A DNA stretch of 64,000 nt, from assembly GCA_043826455.1 (NCBI GenBank), contig JBDRQD010000048.1:32001-96000 (forward strand). The letters run 5' to 3'. This stretch comes from Candidatus Bathyarchaeota archaeon. Its GTDB lineage: Archaea; Thermoproteota; Bathyarchaeia; TCS64. How positions within the stretch are numbered: position 1 is the first letter of the stretch; every line of letters begins with the position of its first letter. The notes under the pieces were generated by a model, which was given only the letters and a program-made list of their open reading frames with translations, was not told where the DNA came from and did no database searches. The position numbers were made by a program, and so were the translations under genes. Positions 19,026 through 26,600 of the stretch are shown in pieces.

Positions 19026-20445
19026 GGTTATAGACGGAGATGACCCCGGGCGTAGGCTCCAGCTTCATGCGCTTCTGGAAGGGCGTCTGGTCCTGGAAGC
19101 TGCCTGAGCAGATGAGGGATAAGCCGTGGTACTTCCTCATCTCGTGGATGTGGATGTGGCCGCAGACAACCACGTCAGGTATGGTGTCTACCACCAGGCG
19201 GTCCACCTTCTCGGGGGCTATGGGCGTGCTCTGCCCGTAGATGGGGGCGACGTGGCGGCACCTCATGAGGAGCTCCAGGCCTTTCACCGGGCTGTGGAAG
19301 TCGTAGCCCGGGGTGGAGCTCAGTATATCGTCCAGGGCTTTGCCGTGGAAGATGAGAGCCTTGACTCCGTGGAGGCTCAGGTTGCACGGGTTTGGCAGCA
19401 GGTGTATCCTAGGGTCCTTGTATAGGGCTGGGGCGTACTTTTCGGGGATGGGGGGCTGGGGTAGGCTGCGCCTCACGGCGTCGTGGTTCCCCGGTATGAC
19501 GAGTATCTCTACGTGCTCAGGAAGCTGGGACAAGAGCCGGGCGGCCTCCTCGTACTGGGCCTTCTGGGTGGTGATGGTGAGCTCGTCCAGCTGCTCAGGG
19601 TAGATGCCTATGCCGTCCACCAGGTCACCTGTAACTACCAGGTACTTCACTAAGCCGGCCAGCTCCCTGCTGGCCGGTGGCCCCAGGTCCCTGTTCATCC
19701 ACTTGATGAACTTGTCGAAGAGGTCGGCCCGGAAGTACTTGCTGCCCACGTGGATGTCTCCCACGAATACGGCGCACACGTTCTCATCGGCCCGGCTTAT
19801 GTCGTGCATGGGGACGTCGGGCCATATGAGGTCGTTGGCTATGATGAGGTCGTCCCTGTACTTGAGGCCGTCCACGCATATGATCTGGTCGTCCAGGATC
19901 TCCAGGCCTTTCCTGGAGACCTCCTCCCCTGACACCATGACGGTGACGCTGGTGTCAGGGTCCTCCAGGTCCAGGAATAGGCGGCTGCTCCTTGTGCTCT
20001 TGCCAGCCACCAGGCCGATGGTCTTGAACTTGGTTTTCACAGGCTGCTTCACGGCCTGGCTGAGGGGGATGGCGTCCCTGACATCGAACCTGTTCTTGAG
20101 TATGGCCTCCAGCTGTCTGAACCTGCTGTTGAAGTAGTCGATGAAGCCGTTCACGTCCCCCACAGGCTGGGACTCCCTGCCTGAGAGAAGCTCTATCCTC
20201 GACTGGAGCCGGGCTACTGGGGGTTTCATTGCTGGACGGGTCTGCTTGTGCTCCTCGAGGCCTCGCAGGAACTCCTCGTCTATTATGAATAGGTCTGGCC
20301 GAGTCTCAGCCGCTTCCAAGGCTCTCCTGATCACCTTGTCCAGCCTTTCGGCGGGCATGGACTGTAGGAGGTTGAAGGCCTCCGGGGTCAGCTGTAAACC
20401 GACCTCTATGATCTTGTTGATGACTGGTTGGAGTTCCTGTGTCAA
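18979..20445 (-). CDS. polB: DNA polymerase D small subunit DP1 (3'-5' exonuclease)
   Basis: OB fold plus calcineurin-like motifs GDIHVG, GDLVDGIGIYP, PGNHD, FHG, RHVAPIYG, GHIH. Confidence 0.95.
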   Translation of the reverse strand: MTQELQPVINKIIEVGLQLTPEAFNLLQSMPAERLDKVIRRALEAAETRPDLFIIDEEFLRGLEEHKQTRPAMKPPVARLQSRIELLSGRESQPVGDVNGFIDYFNSRFRQLEAILKNRFDVRDAIPLSQAVKQPVKTKFKTIGLVAGKSTRSSRLFLDLEDPDTSVTVMVSGEEVSRKGLEILDDQIICVDGLKYRDDLIIANDLIWPDVPMHDISRADENVCAVFVGDIHVGSKYFRADLFDKFIKWMNRDLGPPASRELAGLVKYLVVTGDLVDGIGIYPEQLDELTITTQKAQYEEAARLLSQLPEHVEILVIPGNHDAVRRSLPQPPIPEKYAPALYKDPRIHLLPNPCNLSLHGVKALIFHGKALDDILSSTPGYDFHSPVKGLELLMRCRHVAPIYGQSTPIAPEKVDRLVVDTIPDVVVCGHIHIHEMRKYHGLSLICSGSFQDQTPFQKRMKLEPTPGVISVYNLMTHQHIPLDLERLN

Positions 20446-20454
20446 CCTTGTTCC

Positions 20455-20796
20455 TTATCTCACCTTGATGACGTAGTCGGTCCTGGGTGGGGCGAAGGTC
20501 TCTATGATGACGGCGGGCTCCTTGCCCGTGGTCTCAAACTTGTGCTCCTCGTTGGGCTGGAGGAACCAAGCTGCCCCAGGCTTGGCCTTCACCTTCCGGG
20601 CTCGGGTGCTTAGCTCCCCAGCCCCCGATAGGAGGGTGCCCATCTGCTCGTGGGGGTGGCTGTGCCAGTCCACCACGGCTCCTGGCTGGATGACTATGTA
20701 GCACTGGGTGGCGTGCATGCCGTTTCCTATTACGCTTATCTTTACTCCGGGTACGGGTTCGAAGCTCGGGGCTTTCTCCCATGTCGTGTCCTGCAT
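20455..20796 (-). CDS. Cupin domain protein
   Basis: HSHPHEQ and PNEEH cupin metal-binding motifs. Confidence 0.85.
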   Translation of the reverse strand: MQDTTWEKAPSFEPVPGVKISVIGNGMHATQCYIVIQPGAVVDWHSHPHEQMGTLLSGAGELSTRARKVKAKPGAAWFLQPNEEHKFETTGKEPAVIIETFAPPRTDYVIKVR

Positions 20797-20832
20797 GGGC
20801 AGAGAATAGGTGGCGAGGGTATATGAATTAAG

Positions 20833-21513
20833 CTAGAGGCCTATGGTTGCCTCTCTTTTCTCCAGGAGGAGGTCCTTGATCTCCTTTCTCACGGCGTACC
20901 TGTAAGGCATGCTGTTGGTGTTGCGGTCTATGAAGCCGCTGTCGTAGAGCTTCTTGAGGAGCCTGGCCGTGTGCTCCCGGGTCTTGTTGATCTTGTCCCT
21001 GATCTCGGGGACGGAGCCCTCATCTAGGTCCATGATCATCTGGAGGACCTCCAGCTCCGTGTCGGTGAGCCTCTGGAAGATGTCCTCTCCCTGAACGGGG
21101 ATGGGGGCGTCCACTGGGGTGGCGGCGGGGGCAGCGGCTCTCGGTAGGGACGCTAGCTTCTGGAGTTCGCCCCGCATCTTCTCGATGCTGCCCTCTATGT
21201 TTTCGACTCTGCCTGAGAGCTCCTTCACCTTCTCCAGCTCTTGGAGGGCGGCCTCGCTTGTTCCTTGCCCGGCCTTCAGGGCCTCAGCGGCCATGTACTT
21301 GGCCTGGATGGCGTCGCCCTCAATTTTTTGGAGGCCTGACTCCATCTTCTTCACCTGGCGGGTGAACCCGGAGGTGATGTTCATTACTGACTCCTTGCTG
21401 CCCTCGTACTCGGCCTGAGCCATTTTGATGCGCTTGTAGAATATGTAGCTGGCCACTATGGTCACCGTGAACAGCGCTATGGTTGTGAAAACCAGCTCCA
21501 ATTCTTTCCCCAT
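20833..21513 (-). CDS. Membrane-anchored coiled-coil protein with C-terminal winged helix
   Basis: N-terminal TM (LVFTTIALFTVTIVASYIFY), heptad-like middle, Pro/Ala linker, LTDTELEVL...KTREHTARLLKKLYDSGFIDR. Confidence 0.8.
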   Translation of the reverse strand: MGKELELVFTTIALFTVTIVASYIFYKRIKMAQAEYEGSKESVMNITSGFTRQVKKMESGLQKIEGDAIQAKYMAAEALKAGQGTSEAALQELEKVKELSGRVENIEGSIEKMRGELQKLASLPRAAAPAATPVDAPIPVQGEDIFQRLTDTELEVLQMIMDLDEGSVPEIRDKINKTREHTARLLKKLYDSGFIDRNTNSMPYRYAVRKEIKDLLLEKREATIGL

Positions 21514-21611
21514 GATAGTTGTGACAGTCACCCCTTTTTACCGTTTCGTATCAGAAGATGATTCTATGTTAATATTCGAAATGATCTTTTCATAGGACAA
21601 TCGTAGTGATA

Positions 21612-21628
21612 GTAAACGATTCGTTTAC
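21612..21628. promoter_or_regulatory. Perfect 17-bp inverted repeat, candidate operator
   Basis: GTAAACGA-T-TCGTTTAC in the divergent wHTH/hypF intergenic region. Confidence 0.55.
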
Positions 21629-21689
21629 CTGGCTCCGAGCTTGTTGCCCATAGTTTAAATTACGCTGTTCATCATAGACGTGAATACCG

Positions 21690-24014
21690 TTGAGTTCTGG
21701 CGGAAAGGTTGAGGCGAAGGTAAGCATCACGGGCAGGGTCCAGGGGGTAGGCTTCAGGCCCTTCATCTACAGGATGGCCGCCAGGAACGGGCTCAGGGGA
21801 TACGTGATTAACCTTGGGGACGCTGGGGTTGAGGCCGTCGTGGAGGGCACAGAGCCCCAGGTTAAAAGGTTCCTCGACGATGTCAGAGAGAGCGCCCCAG
21901 AGGTCTCCGAGATCGAGGACATCTCGTACGAGCTCAAGCCCTATAGGGGCAGGTTCAAGGGTTTCCGGATCGATAAGAGCCAGAACCGCGGAAAAGTCGC
22001 CTCAGGCATTTTTCCGCCGGACATAGGCATTTGCCCCCAATGCCTCGCCGACATGGCTACTCCTAGGGGTCGGTGGTACGATTACCCTTTCACCGCCTGC
22101 GCCTGGTGCGGGCCTAGGTTCACGGGCGTCAACGCCCTGCCCTACGACAGGGAGAGGACTCACATGCACGGGTTCCCCATGTGCAGCGACTGCCACGGAG
22201 ACTACTATGATCCCATGGACAGGCGGTTCGACGCCCAGGGCATGACCTGCAGCCAGTGCGGGCCCACCATGAGCCTTCACGACAGCGAAGGGAGACTGCT
22301 TGAGACGGAGGACATCTTCACTGAGACAGCTAAACTTCTGCTGGAAGGTAGCATCGTCGCCGTGAAGGGCATCGGCGGCGTACACCTCGCCTCGCTTGCC
22401 ACCCGAGACGACATCATCGAGGAGTTCAGGAGGCGTAAACGCCGTCCCTACCAGCCCTTCGCCTTGATGTCACCCAGCCTCGATGACGTTGAGATTTATT
22501 CGGAGTTCACATCAGATGAGAGAAGGTTCCTGGTGTCTTGGCGTAAACCCATCGTTTTGCTGAAGAAGAGGTTTAAGGTCATCTCGGAGCTGGTTGCCCC
22601 GGGCCTGGACAGGGTGGGCGTGATGCTCCCCTACACGGGGATCCAGACCATGCTCTTCAGACGGCTGAGTGAGCCGGCCCTGATAATGACCAGCGGAAAC
22701 AAGCCTGGACTGCCCATGGCAATAACAAACGAGGCCGCGTTCAAGGAGCTGGGTGGCCTGGCGGACTATTTTCTGCTTCACAACAGGGACATCGTCAACA
22801 GGAGTGATGACTCCGTTCTCAGAGTTATCAGGGGTCATCCGTCATTTACTAGGCGCTCCAGGGGCTACGTTCCTGACCCGATTGATATTCCTTTCAAGAA
22901 GGGCACATGTATCGCATTGGGGGCGGAGCTCAGGAACGCGGCGGCTGTGGCCACCAATGGCAAGGTCTTCATGACCCAGTATCTCGGAGACACCGTTAAC
23001 CTTGAGGGCTTGGAGTTCGAGAAGCATGCCCTGCACATCATGTGTGACCTGCTAAATATCACACGTAACCCGGATGTGATTGGCTGTGACCTGCACCCAG
23101 AGTATATGACATCACAGTACGCTCAAGTGATATCACAGGAGATAGGTGTTGAAGCCGTGAGGTCACAACACCATCACGCCCATATAGCCTCAGTTATGGC
23201 GGAAAACATGGTTCCAGCGGAGGAAGAGGTACTGGGTATCGCTTTGGATGGCGCGGGATACGGCCAAGATACGCAAATTTGGGGCGGAGAGGTACTAAAA
23301 TCAACATACTCGGGCTTCGAGAGGCTCGGACAACTAGAATACCTACCCATGCCCGGAGGAGATCAATGCGCCTATTATCCCTACAGGATGCTTGTGGCCG
23401 GCCTCACAAACATTGTCACAGATGATATTATACGTGATATCACAGAAAATCACGTCGAAAATGCGTTACCTCACGGTAAAAAAGAGCTGGAACTGATACT
23501 CAGACAGTCAAGAAAATTGGATGTGCTTAAAACTTCAGGGGCTGGGCGATTCCTGGATGCTGTGGCTTCTCTCCTTGATCTAACATATTACAGGACTTAT
23601 GAAGGCGAACCCGCTATGCGATTGGAGGCTTTAATCTCAAGGAATGTATCCGATACTTTACATTTCGAGCCCGAAATATCCGTTATAGATGAAGAATATA
23701 TCCTTAAAACATCAAATATACTCTATAATTATTTAATAAATAAAAATAGTCACAAATATGCCGATATTGCTTATTCTGCCCATAAATATTTGGCAGAAGG
23801 AATGAGCAACATAGTAATCTCTGCCTCAGAGGCAACTGGCATAAAAAAAGTCGCACTGTCTGGTGGAGTCTTGATCAACGAATTCATCGCAGAGACCATA
23901 CATCGAACTCTTTCAACCACCGGATTAGAGGTAATGTTCAATCGTAAAGTCCCTCCAGGTGACGGTGGGACAGCTCTTGGCCAGTGCTGTGTAGCCCTTT
24001 CATCTGTGATATGA
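21690..24014 (+). CDS. hypF: Carbamoyltransferase HypF
   Basis: Acylphosphatase GRVQGVGFRPF, two Zn fingers, YrdC-like KGIGG and MTSGN, CDLHPEY, QHHHAH, DGAGYG, PPGDGG. Confidence 0.95.
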   Translation: MSSGGKVEAKVSITGRVQGVGFRPFIYRMAARNGLRGYVINLGDAGVEAVVEGTEPQVKRFLDDVRESAPEVSEIEDISYELKPYRGRFKGFRIDKSQNRGKVASGIFPPDIGICPQCLADMATPRGRWYDYPFTACAWCGPRFTGVNALPYDRERTHMHGFPMCSDCHGDYYDPMDRRFDAQGMTCSQCGPTMSLHDSEGRLLETEDIFTETAKLLLEGSIVAVKGIGGVHLASLATRDDIIEEFRRRKRRPYQPFALMSPSLDDVEIYSEFTSDERRFLVSWRKPIVLLKKRFKVISELVAPGLDRVGVMLPYTGIQTMLFRRLSEPALIMTSGNKPGLPMAITNEAAFKELGGLADYFLLHNRDIVNRSDDSVLRVIRGHPSFTRRSRGYVPDPIDIPFKKGTCIALGAELRNAAAVATNGKVFMTQYLGDTVNLEGLEFEKHALHIMCDLLNITRNPDVIGCDLHPEYMTSQYAQVISQEIGVEAVRSQHHHAHIASVMAENMVPAEEEVLGIALDGAGYGQDTQIWGGEVLKSTYSGFERLGQLEYLPMPGGDQCAYYPYRMLVAGLTNIVTDDIIRDITENHVENALPHGKKELELILRQSRKLDVLKTSGAGRFLDAVASLLDLTYYRTYEGEPAMRLEALISRNVSDTLHFEPEISVIDEEYILKTSNILYNYLINKNSHKYADIAYSAHKYLAEGMSNIVISASEATGIKKVALSGGVLINEFIAETIHRTLSTTGLEVMFNRKVPPGDGGTALGQCCVALSSVI

Positions 24015-24021
24015 TGTGATA

Positions 24022-24480
24022 TCACACCATTTTGATGCTAGTGGGAGAACCTAAACGTGATATTCCCTCCACCAGTTCTGTCTCAATCTGTTTCAGAAGA
24101 TCCTTTGAAGCGTTTAACTCTCTGCTCTCCAGCATGATAACGTATTCTTTTAATTTTTCAGCTAAAAAATAATAGTCGTCGAAGGGCCTGGCCTCAAACA
24201 CACCGATATAACTCAACAAAACAATGGTAAAGATGCTTGAGATAACGTTACCACGAGCCTGAGCTAACGAGCGGCTAAATGAGCCCCTACTTACTTTTTT
24301 ACGTCTAAAATATGCTTTTTGATGAAAAGGGATTTTTTTATCTGATATTATGTCAGTTAGTAAATCAATTACAAGCGATTCAAATTGTACTCTTGTTAAA
24401 TTACTGTTTTTAAGTAATAGGTCTGATATCGGGTCCTGAAACGTTTTTTGGATAATATTTTGGTAATTCTCTGACGCCAA
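24022..24480 (-). CDS. Hypothetical protein, HTH-like
   Basis: 152-aa low-GC ORF; LTRVQFESL...KVSRGSFSRSLAQAR resembles an HTH recognition helix. Confidence 0.7.
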   Translation of the reverse strand: MASENYQNIIQKTFQDPISDLLLKNSNLTRVQFESLVIDLLTDIISDKKIPFHQKAYFRRKKVSRGSFSRSLAQARGNVISSIFTIVLLSYIGVFEARPFDDYYFLAEKLKEYVIMLESRELNASKDLLKQIETELVEGISRLGSPTSIKMV

Positions 24481-24610
24481 TCTAGGCTCGCCTCACAGTG
24501 ATATCACATTAACGAGATATAACGTTGTCTACAAAATCGTATACCAATGAGCGTGGTCTTGTATTGAAAGTGATTGCCTTCTACAACACTAAAACTTTAC
24601 GTTTTGATGC

Positions 24611-24656
24611 AATATACATGTAAATAGATTAATAATATTTATATAAAAATGTAAAT
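24611..24656. other. AT-rich element (DUE-like, or the nadE promoter)
   Basis: Only 4 G/C in 46 bp, with a pure A/T run at 24628-24650. Confidence 0.5.
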
Positions 24657-24703
24657 GGGCTGGATGGAAGTCTTTATTATCACTTAATTCAAGTCATCTA
24701 AAC

Positions 24704-25498
24704 ATGGTCACGGTCAAAGATCTAGAGATAAACTGCGAGAAAATTGAGCCAAAAATCAAAGAATTCATAGCTGACAACATTAAAAATGCAGGCCTAAAAG
24801 GAGCAGTCGTGGCTGTCAGCGGAGGAATAGACTCAGCCGTAGCCCTTTCACTGACAGTTAAGGCACTAGGCCCCGAGAAGGTCACAACTGTCACACTTCC
24901 AGACCGTGATGCGACACCTAAGCGTGATATCATGGATGTGATGCAACACTGTGAGAGCCTCGGCGTCACATGTAACACGGTGGATATCACGCCAATATTA
25001 CATGTGATACGTGATACGCTACCCCTCTATGACATCACAGACAGAATATCCAGCGGCAACATCAAATCCAGGCTCAGGATGATAGCGGCCTACCACTTCG
25101 CCAACAGGCTGAACCGGATGGTGATAGGCACCTCCAACAAGACCGAGCTCATTACAGGGTTCTTCACCAAACACGGCGACGGCGGAGTGGACCTGATGCC
25201 CCTTGCTGACCTCTACAAGACCCAGATAAGGCAGCTGGCCGGGCACCTCAACGTACCAAATGGCATCATCAGGAAGCCTCCGTCACCGGGGTTCTTTCCG
25301 GGGCAGACGGACGAAGGCGAACTGGGGATAGACTACACGACGCTGGACCTGATCCTCTTCAGCTTGGAGAAGGGTATGAGCGCCCAGATGATAGCAGAGG
25401 ATCTGAAAATTGAAGTTGATCAAGTTGAGGCTGTTCTGAGACGAATAAAAGCAAACGAACATAAACGGCGGCTTCCACTACTCTTAAGACTAACCTAG
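24704..25498 (+). CDS. nadE: NH3-dependent NAD+ synthetase
   Basis: SGGIDS, NIKSRLRM, GTSNKTE, GFFTKHGDG, LYKTQ, QTDE. Confidence 0.95.
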   Translation: MVTVKDLEINCEKIEPKIKEFIADNIKNAGLKGAVVAVSGGIDSAVALSLTVKALGPEKVTTVTLPDRDATPKRDIMDVMQHCESLGVTCNTVDITPILHVIRDTLPLYDITDRISSGNIKSRLRMIAAYHFANRLNRMVIGTSNKTELITGFFTKHGDGGVDLMPLADLYKTQIRQLAGHLNVPNGIIRKPPSPGFFPGQTDEGELGIDYTTLDLILFSLEKGMSAQMIAEDLKIEVDQVEAVLRRIKANEHKRRLPLLLRLT

Positions 25499-25526
25499 AG
25501 GACTCCTAACCAACAGAGGGAGCAAG

Positions 25527-25775
25527 ATGGGACGAAAAAGACAGAAAGTAGTCAAAATAATAAAGAGGAGACTGCCAGACCAGTACCTATGCCCCAACTG
25601 CGGCATGAACACGGTTGGCATCATAATTCACCCGAGCGAAGGCCTGGCCAGGATCATCTGCAGCAGCTGCTCCCTCAAGAACCAGTTCCCGGTCCCGGAG
25701 AACACCGACCCCGTAGACGCCTACTGTATCTTCGTGGACAAGTTCTACGGCGTTGAGGAGCCTCCGAAGCAATGA
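25527..25775 (+). CDS. elf1: Transcription elongation factor Elf1
   Basis: Basic N-terminus MGRKRQK, CPNCG...CSSC zinc ribbon, PVDAY. Confidence 0.85.
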   Translation: MGRKRQKVVKIIKRRLPDQYLCPNCGMNTVGIIIHPSEGLARIICSSCSLKNQFPVPENTDPVDAYCIFVDKFYGVEEPPKQ

Positions 25776-26521
25776 CCGGAAAAGTGGAGCAGTACCTACT
25801 CGACAAGATCAGGGAAGACGGCTGCATACACATCACACTGGTAGACCCCGACAAGAGCTCGGGCCACGACTGCGCAGCCACGGCTCACGAGGCCGAGAAG
25901 GGCGGCACAGCAGCCATCATGGTGGGCGGCTCAACCCTGGCAGCCAAGGAGGACCTGGACGCAGCCATCCAGAGGATAAACGAGAAGGTCGACGTGCCTG
26001 TGATCCTCTTCCCCAATGGCCCCATGGGGGTCAGCAGACACGCCGACGCCATCTGGTTCATGAGTCTGCTGAACAGCCAGAACACCTACTACATCATCGA
26101 CGCCCAGGTCATAAGCGCCCCACTGGTCAAAAGGTACGGCCTTGAGGCCATACCCATGGGCTACATAATTGCTGGGGAGGGCTGCGTGGCCGGCTACATA
26201 GGCCAGGCCAGGCTCATCAACTACAGGCACCCTGAGCTGGCCGTGGGGTACAGCCTGGCCGCTGAGAGCCTGGGCATGAGGTTCGTGTACCTGGAGGCGG
26301 GCTCAGGCGCCAGGGAACCCATACCTCCTGCGATGATAGGCGCGGTCAAGAAACACCTCAGCGTCCCGCTGGTGGTGGGTGGAGGCATCAGGTCCCCGGA
26401 AGCCGCGGCAGCCGCGAGCAAGGCTGGCGCGGACGCCATTGTGACTGGCACCCTAGTAGAGGAGGAGAATCAGATCAAGGATAAGATAGGTGCCCTCGTC
26501 CAGGCCATGAAGAAGACGTGA
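25772..26521 (+). CDS. Geranylgeranylglyceryl phosphate synthase (group II)
   Basis: TLVDPDK, MVGGS, ILFP, SLLNS, YLEAGSGA, VGGGIR, VTGT. Confidence 0.93.
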   Translation: MTGKVEQYLLDKIREDGCIHITLVDPDKSSGHDCAATAHEAEKGGTAAIMVGGSTLAAKEDLDAAIQRINEKVDVPVILFPNGPMGVSRHADAIWFMSLLNSQNTYYIIDAQVISAPLVKRYGLEAIPMGYIIAGEGCVAGYIGQARLINYRHPELAVGYSLAAESLGMRFVYLEAGSGAREPIPPAMIGAVKKHLSVPLVVGGGIRSPEAAAAASKAGADAIVTGTLVEEENQIKDKIGALVQAMKKT

Positions 26522-26600
26522 GCCGGCTCGAGTAAAAGTAAAGAGCCTTGAGCCACCAGTATCATACACCCACTTAGATAGCCCATAGGAAACCCCCAAG

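Larger units (their letters stand above)
23106..25038. repeat. Dispersed cluster of GTGATATCAC palindromic sites
   Basis: Perfect copies at 23127, 23434, 24016, 24498; near copies at 23106, 23157, 23465, 24006, 24057, 24514, 24906, 24924, 24938, 24981, 25029; many half-sites. Confidence 0.85.

Noticed and set aside
21690..24014. hypF without neighbouring hydrogenase genes
   Set aside because: Scattered hyp genes are common in archaea; the interest lies in the embedded DNA motifs.
24481..24703. Canonical ORB/mini-ORB origin boxes
   Set aside because: No TTCCAGTGGAAAC-like or G-string element found by eye.
23300..24800. Horizontally acquired low-GC island
   Set aside because: The GC shift starts and ends inside intact housekeeping ORFs; there are no mobility genes or att repeats.
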